Source: an uncultured Nitrospiraceae bacterium
Lineage (GTDB): Bacteria > Nitrospirota > Thermodesulfovibrionia > Thermodesulfovibrionales > UBA6898
Length of the DNA: 46,892 bases
NCBI GenBank assembly: GCA_963811165.1
Contig: CAWEQH010000003.1
Span: 1-46,892, forward strand
Reading direction: 5' to 3'
The translations under genes and the position numbers were made by a program. The notes beneath the pieces were generated by a model, which worked only from the letters and a program-made list of their open reading frames with translations, was not told where the DNA came from and ran no database searches. Below, piece by piece: positions 38,246 to 46,892 of this stretch. How positions within the stretch are numbered: the stretch's first letter is position 1; every line of letters begins with the position of its first letter.

Positions 38246-39692
38246 CTAAAATCTGAAATAAATAAATGGATTATATGTCCCGCTTGCAAGAGATATGACA
38301 GAGGCGACAAAAACGAGACTTAGTCCTAAGCCCTTACAACGTGCGCTCCATACGTGACCTCCGGTAGTGTCCTAATTTTAGTGTCCGCGTTGACCAAATA
38401 AAGCGCTAATAATGGCTTCAAAGGCACAGAACCGGCAATGCCGACAAGCACCGCCAATAATAACTCCGGCGTCATGTACATCGAGACCGTATGTTTTACG
38501 CCTGCATATCTGTGAACTCCGCCCATAATGGACAGGTAATCGAGCGCGCCCGAAAGAAGTGTCAGCCCTAAAAAAAACCCACCCCACGGTGACAATGAAA
38601 AGTGTATAGAAATGCCTTAAGGGCGCTCTCTTTTGGTCGAGCCATCTTCCGAACCCCGTACGCTCAAGGACGAGGAAGACACCGTGCAGCATGCCCCATA
38701 TTACAAAATTCCATTTCGCACCATGCCACAAACCGCAAAGGAAAAATACTAGGACAAGATTAAAATATGTCCTTCCAACAGAATTCCGATTGCCCCCAAG
38801 CGGTATGTAAAGATAATCCCTGAACCAATTGGACAGGGAGATGTGCCATCGCCTCCAGAACTCCCTTACTGATTTTGCAATATAAGGATAATCGAAATTT
38901 TCGAGAAAGCGAAACCCGAACATGCGGCCAAGTCCAATCGCCATGTCCGAATATCCCGAGAAATCAAAATAGATTTGGAGCGTGTAGCATATGATTCCCA
39001 GCCATGCCAGTCCCGTCGAACGGGTACCGGAGGGAAGGGAAAAAATCTGGTCGACGGTCAGGGCCAGCGTGTTTGCTATCAACGTCTTCTTTCCGAGACC
39101 GATAATAAATCGCCTTATTCCAGTCACAAATCCATCCAGGCTCGGCAAACGGGAGGCGATTTGGTCCGCTACGTCGTGATAACGGATGATCGGTCCCGCT
39201 GACGAGTTGCGGGAAAAGAGAAACGTAGAGAGCGAAATCAGCTGGATTCTTCTGCACCTTCACAATCCGGCGATGCACGTCGATAAGATAAGACATAGTG
39301 TGGAATGTATAAAAAGATATGCCAATGGGAAGATGCACAGGAGCGAACGCAAGCGGACCGATTCCGGCGATATGCAAAAGACCGTTTAGGTTTTCGGCCA
39401 GAAAATTTGCATATTTATAAAAGCCAAGTAGAGAAATATTAAATATGACGGCACCCGCCATAACCGGTCCCGCCTTCCACTTGCCGTGAAACCGATCTAT
39501 CAGAATGCCGAACAGATAATTACATGCGATCGAAATAAGCATTATGAAGATATAAAGTCCTTCTCCCCAGGTATAAAAGCAGAGGCTTGCAGCCAAAAGG
39601 AACGCATTTTGGAATTTTTTCCCGATCAGGTGATAAACTGCCAGGACTAGGGGAAGAAAAAGAAATAAAAATATCAGCGAGCTAAAAACCAA
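38246..39692 (-). CDS. algI: AlgI/DltB-type MBOAT O-acyltransferase; frameshifted
   Basis: [56 protein letters not shown]-terminal [12 protein letters not shown] ends at 38246. Confidence 0.88.
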
Positions 39693-39963
39693 CTGACTCT
39701 CCGAATAAAAAATAAAAATAACTGAATTGTCTCATGAGGCCCCGCCCAAGAGTTTGCATGGAATATGCTGAAAGACTAGTGAATGTACGCATCGCCTGAA
39801 TGCCATATATGCTTGTTCTGATCCCAAAAAAAAATTTACTTATATTATCACATCTGCAGGAAATAAATGGTTAAGCGGTGACTATGAAGGGCTAATATCT
39901 TAATATATCCTGTCCTGCTCATTTCTTGATTTAGGTCCGTTTATCCTGCATAATAGCACCGGC

Positions 39964-40730
39964 ATGTCTATTACGATTCTCAAGAAATTCCAAAAACTAT
40001 TAACTTTTTTCTCCAGCCGACAGCATTCGGAAACCGTAGCGGAGCAGAAGCAGCCCCTTTCGCGTCACGAAATTGCCGTCGGCTATCTGACAGGAACCGG
40101 GCTTGAGATTGGAGCCCTTCATAATCCATTATCTGTGCCGGCAGATGTGACTGTCCGCTATGTTGACCGCCTCACCCTGGAAGAGCTGCGAAGGCACTAT
40201 CCGGAACTCGATAGAACAAGTATCGCTGCACCTGATATCATCGATAATGGAGAAATATTGGCTTCCTTGCCCGACGCCTCCTTTGATTTCGTTATCGCAA
40301 ATCACATGATAGAACATAGTCAGGACCCTATCACGGCGCTGAAGAACTGGCTCCGGGTGATAAAACCCGGCGGGATAGTGTATCTGGCCGTCCCGGACAA
40401 ACGGTATACATTTGACAAAGACAGGCCAATAACGTCGATAGACCATCTAATGAGAGATTATCGCGATGGGGGACAGCGATCAAAAAAAGATCACTTCGAC
40501 GAATGGGTCAAATTAGTCTATAAGATTCCCAAAGAAAAGTCGCCTCCAGGGTTCGAGAACTACTGGATATGGATTACAGTATCCATTATCATGTGTGGAC
40601 TCCAAAAGATTTTTTTGAACTGCTGACGCACTGTCAGGAGAAATTACATTTTCCATTCCGGATAAAATTATTCCAGGAAAGCAATGATGAAGTTGTTGCT
40701 ATATTGAGAAAGGATCAGCCGTCTCAATAG
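39964..40730 (+). CDS. SAM-dependent methyltransferase (type 11); frameshift near 40545
   Basis: GLEIGAL, FDFVIANHMIEH, KPGG; alternate frame SIHYHVWT..AILRK..* ends at 40730. Confidence 0.82.
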
Positions 40731-40882
40731 CCTCTCATCTATAACAGCAGGAGCCAATCCCCGCATTTACTTCGGCGCACGAAAAAAGTTACGATTATGA
40801 AATAAGTTATAGGGGAATCGCTGGAGGCAGTCCAGCCAACTGAATAGCTTTAATAATACGAGGAAAGTCATAGGATAAGGAT

Positions 40883-41839
40883 ATGCTCGACGAATATACT
40901 TTAAAGACAAAGCTCATGTTGAATGAGAGGTTTAAGATGGTTGATGAGGATGGGGTATACTGGGCACATCAGCCTGTTTACGGGTTTCGATCGGGTCATG
41001 AAGAAGCAGGCCGGTTTGACCAGTATATTCGCACCTACGAGATAATGAGAAGTCTTTCTCATCTTGACTTTAAGACATTACTGGATGTGGGCGGGGCAGA
41101 AGGCTGGAAAGCATTTCTTGCAAGAGAACTGTTTGGAGCTGAAGTAACAAACTCAGATCTTTCGGAAGAGGCTTGTAAAAGAGCTGCTGAGCTTTTCGGG
41201 ATTAGATCGGTTCCCGGGGACGTACACGAGCTGCCATTTAACTCCGACGAGTTTGAGGTCGTACTCTGCAGTGAAGCCCTGGAACACGCTAAGGACGTGA
41301 ACAAGGCTCTCAGAGAACTGCTGAGGGTCGCAAGAAAAGCTGTAGTGATTACGGTGCCGCACGAAACAAAAGAAGAGGTGGAGAGGAACATCGCGGAAGA
41401 AGAGGTACACGGTCACATACATGTTTTCGATTTGGAAAGTTTTAATTTTCTAAAATCCGATGGATATGAAGTTCTTTGCAAGAAAGTCATGACCAAGTAT
41501 TCGGTAGCCCTTGCACTCAAACTAATTGACAAGGAACTGGTGCAGCAAAAAGTCGTGGGGGCAAAGACTTTTAAAGCGCTATTATCTCATTTGTGGAACT
41601 TGTGTGTGCCGGTGGCCAATAAAATCTTATTCGATAAGAGTACGACTGCACTAATCATGAAACTAAATAGTTTGATTTCGCCTTTCACGGAAACATACTA
41701 TAATACGTTATTTGTGATTCTGAAAGATAAAGGATGCCTTAAAAGGAAAAAAATACGAACTGTTTCAGCATATGATATCCTAAATTTCAAGCGTCCTTTG
41801 TATTACCCGGATATGAAGGAAATCAACAGTTCAACATAA
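40883..41839 (+). CDS. Class I SAM-dependent methyltransferase
   Basis: LLDVGGAEG, GDVHELPF, VLCSEALEH, VITVP. Confidence 0.88.
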   Translation: MLDEYTLKTKLMLNERFKMVDEDGVYWAHQPVYGFRSGHEEAGRFDQYIRTYEIMRSLSHLDFKTLLDVGGAEGWKAFLARELFGAEVTNSDLSEEACKRAAELFGIRSVPGDVHELPFNSDEFEVVLCSEALEHAKDVNKALRELLRVARKAVVITVPHETKEEVERNIAEEEVHGHIHVFDLESFNFLKSDGYEVLCKKVMTKYSVALALKLIDKELVQQKVVGAKTFKALLSHLWNLCVPVANKILFDKSTTALIMKLNSLISPFTETYYNTLFVILKDKGCLKRKKIRTVSAYDILNFKRPLYYPDMKEINSST

Positions 41840-41898
41840 TAAGGCGAAGCTGTCTATCGACAATAAAATAATAGCTTATTCAATAGGGTCCGACAGTC

Positions 41899-42915
41899 CT
41901 ATTCGAGAGGGTCAGATTGAAGGATGGTTCCGCCACTCACTATAACAAACGTGCCGTTGCCGCAAGAGACACTGTAAAGATCATTGGAAGTCCCTGATGT
42001 CCTTTGCTTCCATGATATTCCGTCTGATGAGGTAAGAATGGTTCCGCCGTTTCCCACTGCAGCGAAGCTGTGATCACAGTAGGTGACTGCCAAAAGATGG
42101 TTAGAAGTGCCCGATGTCCTTTGAGCCCATGATATCCCATCCGGTGAGGTATATATAATTCCCGTCTTGCCAACGGCGACAAAAGTGCCATTTCCGTAAG
42201 CCATATCAAAAAACTCATCGGAAATACTCGATAGCCCGCCGGTCCATGATATCCCATCTGACGAGGTTACTATAATGTCATTGGATCCATCGTATCCCAC
42301 GGCGCCGAAGATCCCTTCACCATAAGTGACATCCAAAAGAGAGTTGGTTGTTCCCGACGATCTTTGAATCCACGAAATCCCATCCCTTGAGGTCCATATC
42401 ATTCCGCCATCTCCCACGCCAACAAAAATGCCATTGCCGTAAGCGACATCGAAGATAAGCGGGGACTGCCTTCTGGTCCACGATATCCCGTCAGATGAGG
42501 CGATCATAGTGCCTATAAACTCAGGGACAACAAAGACGCCATTGCCGCAAGTAACACCGTAAAGATAATTGGAAGTGCCCGATTCTCTCTGAGTCCAAGA
42601 TATCGCATCGGGCGATGTGAATATCATGCCCGCACTTCCCGCCACTTTGACGAAAGAAATCTGTCCTCCAACCCCAACAAAGAGACCATTGCCATAGCTT
42701 ATCCTATTCAAGCCTATTCCCGCTGGCAGGGGATTTCTCAGATACCAGTGGTCGAGAGGGTTGCCAGGCGTTGGTGTTGGTGTCGGCGTAGGGGTGGGAA
42801 TGGGTGTTGGATTCGGTGTCTGGTTAGGTCCATTGCCGCCCCCGCAACCGCTCGGCATCAGGAACATCCCAAAGATGACAAGTGAACTAAAGAAATGCAA
42901 GTGCTTTTTCCCCAT
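41899..42915 (-). CDS. Lipoprotein with Pro-Thr linker and Asp-box/BNR-like beta-propeller
   Basis: Lipobox PSG-C, (PT)n stalk, about 7 repeats of YGNGxFVxVG..IxTSxDGISW. Confidence 0.85.
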   Translation of the reverse strand: MGKKHLHFFSSLVIFGMFLMPSGCGGGNGPNQTPNPTPIPTPTPTPTPTPGNPLDHWYLRNPLPAGIGLNRISYGNGLFVGVGGQISFVKVAGSAGMIFTSPDAISWTQRESGTSNYLYGVTCGNGVFVVPEFIGTMIASSDGISWTRRQSPLIFDVAYGNGIFVGVGDGGMIWTSRDGISWIQRSSGTTNSLLDVTYGEGIFGAVGYDGSNDIIVTSSDGISWTGGLSSISDEFFDMAYGNGTFVAVGKTGIIYTSPDGISWAQRTSGTSNHLLAVTYCDHSFAAVGNGGTILTSSDGISWKQRTSGTSNDLYSVSCGNGTFVIVSGGTILQSDPLE

Positions 42916-42945
42916 TTAAGTTCCCCTTTTTTGCAGGATGGCCGC

Positions 42946-42974
42946 ATTATAGTGCGCTCAGGACATTACGTCAA
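42946..42974 (-). promoter_or_regulatory. Near-consensus sigma70 promoter
   Basis: Minus strand TTGACG-N17-TATAAT, about 30 nt upstream of ATG 42915. Confidence 0.7.
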
Positions 42975-43010
42975 TTACCGGTATAATCTCCCTGCAGGAG
43001 AATCAAGTCA

Positions 43011-44359
43011 CTAAATGATGCTTTTGTAAATGCCAGTGACCTTTTCGAAATGGTTTTCGAGCGAATCGAGTTTGACCTCTTGCGCGCCTTCGATCAGTCG
43101 TTTCAGAAGGTCCCTATCTCCAAGTATTCTTCTCGTTTTCTCAAGAAGATCCCCTTCCTTGAAAGGGTCAAATAAAAGACCGTTCACCCCGTCTTCTACA
43201 ATTTCCGGCACCCCGCCGAGATTGCTGGCTATGACGGGTTTTCCGGACAAAAGCGCTTCCCTTAATACTATTGGAGAATTCTCCTCCCAGACGGACGGGA
43301 ACAAAAGGACATCAAACGTCGATAGCACCTTCCAGAGTTCCTCAAAGCTATTCTTGTACGGTCCGCAAAACTCACTGCACCAGCTGGGAGGTTTGCCGTC
43401 TTCGTGCGAATCTCGTCAAAATAGCCCAGGTCGTATGGCTTCCCATAGACAAAAAGGCTTACGGCATCCTGCCGAAGCAGTGGCAAAAGTTCTCTCACAA
43501 CGACGGCCAGGCCTTTGGGATGATTAATGTTTCCCATATAACCAAACCGCAATTTTTTACCCGGGTTAGCTTCTACCTTGGGGACCGGTGGAAATCCGAG
43601 AGAAAGATACTGCATCCCCTCAAACCCTTCTTTTTCAAACCTCGCGATCAAATGTTTAGACGGGCTGATTTTATATTTCAAGAAATTGAACTGTCTTTTA
43701 AGAAAATTCAGCCTGAAATTAAATTCAACCGCCCGCATCTCCCGAGACGTTCTTAGCATGTCGACCTCTTCTTTTACCTTGGCGACATGAGCCTTCAACC
43801 GGCCCGGTACGAATCTCTTGAACCTGTTGATGACCCTGTACTCACTGATGGCAGGGGGATCAAAGCAGGAAATGCAGTTGACGCCGTCAAAGGGGCCCGG
43901 GCATATCCTGTTTTTGCCGTCAAGAAACTGAACCTTGGGGCAGAGAAACCAGTAATCGTGAAAGGTCATGAGACATGGGATATTATATGAGCTGGCTATT
44001 TCTGGGAGTTCCGCCGACAGAAGGACGAGATGCTGAAAGTGGATGAGGTCGGGTTTCTCTTTGTCGAGGATATTCCTGAACGCACGCGAGATATAAGGAT
44101 TGAGAAATTCCTTCAGACTACTTGAGCTGTCGATCGCTTTGTATATCCGAAGGCCTTCTAAATCCTGTCGGACATATCCCTCCGAATGGTCATCTTTTCG
44201 GGACAGAGGACCGGTCAGCCTGGTAAATACTACCACCTCGATGCCTCTATCGGAAAGCGCCCGGGCGAGGTTATAGGAATAGATTTCGGTCCCCCCTAAT
44301 TCAGACGGAGGAAACCCGTGCGTAACAATTAAGATTTTCTTGAGGCTGTGGTTTCCCAT
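43011..44359 (-). CDS. Glycosyltransferase family 4; frameshift near 43350
   Basis: VTHGFPP..GGTE, IHFQHL, TFHDYWFLCP, GYMGNI..KG; continues in ORF 43011-43328 (PSVWEENSPIVLREA). Confidence 0.87.
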
Positions 44360-46892
44360 ATTATATTTTCAAGTTGACTGACAGCATCTCTGACGTTTGG
44401 AGAATAAGGAATGATATGAAACAACGTTGCCCATGGATGAGGAATGTCCACATACTTATCAGAGCCGGGCAAGTATACCAGGTGTGCTGTCCTGGCTCTC
44501 TGTGTGTAGGCGGTCACAGAGGAGTTATACGGGTCGGTACACAAGAGCACATCATGAGACATCATAGCACCAATTTCTGCAACGGAGATGCTGGCCGCCG
44601 TGTTCATAGACCCCGGAATTTCCCCACCTGCGTGATCGCCGTTGCTCCCATAATAATAATACGTTATGCGATGTCCGTTCTTCGCCAGTTCTTCTGCAAC
44701 TGCAGTCACACGGCGGTATGCCTCCTGGTTAGCCGGACTATCAGCAATAATAAAGCCGGCTGAAAAACTCTTTTCAGGGATGTTGCGCTTCTGTCTAGCG
44801 GCTGTAATTATGTTGCGATATACTTCGTTTGCCTGACGGGCCAAGGCACCCGGAGAATAGAACTTCCTGACGTGCTCATGAGCCTCATTACCCATGGCGG
44901 CCCTCAACGCCGGGTCGGTCACCAACGTCTTCAGATGTGTATACCATTCATCAACCGTGGAGGCAAGAAACCCGTTTTCGCCATGCGTAATGGCATGTCG
45001 GAAGGCATCGGTGGGAGACGTTACACTGGGAATTTTCATCAGGCCGGCGTATATATACTTGAGTTCGCTCTTGGCCTCACAAAAAATATTACCGCTCTCA
45101 AGCGGAGCGATGTTTATATCACAAGGCAGCATGGCCGCAGGCAACTCTTCAAGCGGGACGAGAGGTACCCTTTCTATCCTCTCAGAAAAGAGGTCGAAGC
45201 GCCGGTCCATTTCCATCAGGCCGCAAATATATAGATCGCGCTTTCGCACTCTCTCAAGTACCCGCGACAGTGCCGGAATAATATGTTGAAAATCCTTTTG
45301 GTGCGTATTCGTGCCGCTGAAATAGCCGATCCTCACCTTTCCGTCAGACTTCACTGCCGCCTTGGATTGCAATTGGTCCAGAAAACTCTGGTACAGCGCC
45401 TCACTGAAGCCATTGCGTATTACAAAGGCTTCCCGGCCGATTTCCCCAGCTTTATTCGCCAGAAACTCAGTGGGCGCGATGAAATAGTCGCAGGCCTCCA
45501 GCGTCTGCCGGCACTGCAACATATGTTCGATCAGCCGCTCCCGTTCGGTCCCTTTAGTATGTTTGACCCACTCCACCTGGTGGATTACCGAAGCCTCGAA
45601 AAGATAATCGTCTATGTCGAAAACCGAGACAATGTTCCGACTCCTGCAAGCGCTAATGAACTCCTTCAGTAACGGAGTCATCGGTATCCTGTGTATGACG
45701 ACCAGGTCGAACTCGAACACTCGTGGAATATGGTGAGGCAGATCCTCCAGGTCGAAGGACCTCTGCCGGCGTTCCGTTTCTTTTCAGGTATTCGGCCATG
45801 TTATCGACCCTGTAATGATTTGTAATGCCCGCCCATTCCCACTTCACAAACAGAACTCGGTAGGCTCTCGGCGACGGAAAATGATCCGGATACGCACGGG
45901 ACGTGGGCAGCATAGGGGAAGTAGGTTCAGTGGAGGAACCATTACCACCTGACCGGGTTAGCCCATTTCCTGCCTTCCTCAGAAAGACTCCGGGCCCCTC
46001 ACGCTGCAAGACACCCAATGCCTTCTTACCGGATCGGTACGCATTGCCCCGGGCAAGACCGGCTGGTAGGATGGCTTCCCTCGCTCTTCTAAAACGTTCC
46101 AAAAACTTCCATCCGCGGGTGTTTCTTATAGCCTCAAGGTCGTTCCGAAGTCTGACTATTTGTCCCTCTTTTTCTTCGAGCGTAATATCTTTCTGCGATA
46201 AACGGTTTTCAAGCTTGTCTATGTGCATATCTTGCCTGAGAATCTCTTTGTCTCTTTCAGCAACAGATTTCTCCAGATTGCCTATACGGATGTCTTTTTT
46301 TGTAAGGGTTCTTATCAACTCGTCTCTCTGCCCGATCAGCCTGTCTCTGTCAGCGACAGCTAATTCCACCCCCGCAATTGACTGTGTCTTTTCTCTGAAT
46401 ACTGCCCGAAGTTCCTCCAGTTGCGCTAACAGAGCATCTCTTTTTTGTTTCATGCGATAAATTAGCTGGGGAGTAATACGGTGCAAGTGCTTGCCGATAA
46501 TTCTTAGGTGCGTCTCAAACATAATATCAGTATCCGCCTGGTTAATCTGCAATTCGCTGCTCCACTGATAATATTTTGCGGTGGTTTTCTTAATATGGAA
46601 GAAAACATAATCCCGTGCCAGGCGTATTAATAGGTCCCAGTCTTCGTAAAGGTCGAAGGACTCGTCAAAGACACTTCTTCCGGTCCAATAACTCAGATTT
46701 GAAGAGGAGAGAATTAAAAGGGATATAGTTGTTGATGAGAAGTTCTTCATAGACAAAATCTTCCGAAAAAAGAGCGGTCACTGTCTCTGTCATGCGTTTA
46801 TCTTCGGGAGAATAAAGCTGGGACACCATTTCCGTGTCCGCATAGGCTATTTTCAGATCATTTGCCTCAGTAAAAGAAACCAGAGTTTCCAC
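44329..46892 (-). CDS. Multidomain glycosyltransferase (GT2 + coiled coil + GT4-like), 5'-partial, frameshifted
   Basis: NNYIP..FDESFDLYEDWDLL (GT2), long coiled coil ending RGWKFLERFRR, FDIDD, GYFSGTNTH, DINIAPLE..KSELK; joins near 46690 and 45740. Confidence 0.82.

Overview
Bacterial cell-envelope region. The gene content is typical of anaerobic Nitrospirota or Desulfobacterota-like diderms, but taxonomy is inferred, not shown. Many genes are split by single-base indels, often at homopolymers, which suggests long-read assembly error. Left arm (151-14974, minus): ABC-transporter (Wzm/Wzt) surface-glycan locus with multidomain glycosyltransferases, two different sulfotransferases, a methyltransferase, an epimerase, a radical SAM enzyme with its SPASM/twitch domain at the N-terminus, and relics of an acyltransferase and a four-helix-bundle gene. 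Middle (15207-28926): exported proteins, namely a signal-peptide protein with a phage-type S74 autocleaving chaperone, an S8 protease, a ~4.9 kb frameshifted OmpB/MofA-type multicopper oxidase with GxGY inserts and a C-terminal beta-propeller, an SCO plus cytochrome c/periplasmic-binding-protein pair, and two TPR proteins. At 32165-35513 is a compact three-gene operon: a membrane-anchored peptidoglycan amidase, a MamK-like actin and a pseudo-receiver-TM-SPOR protein, with no magnetosome genes nearby. This is the best candidate for an undescribed cytoskeleton-cell-wall system. Right arm: more glycosyltransferases, an AlgI/AlgJ-type O-acetylation pair, methyltransferases and a beta-propeller lipoprotein. 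No rRNA, tRNA, CRISPR array or intact mobile element was seen.
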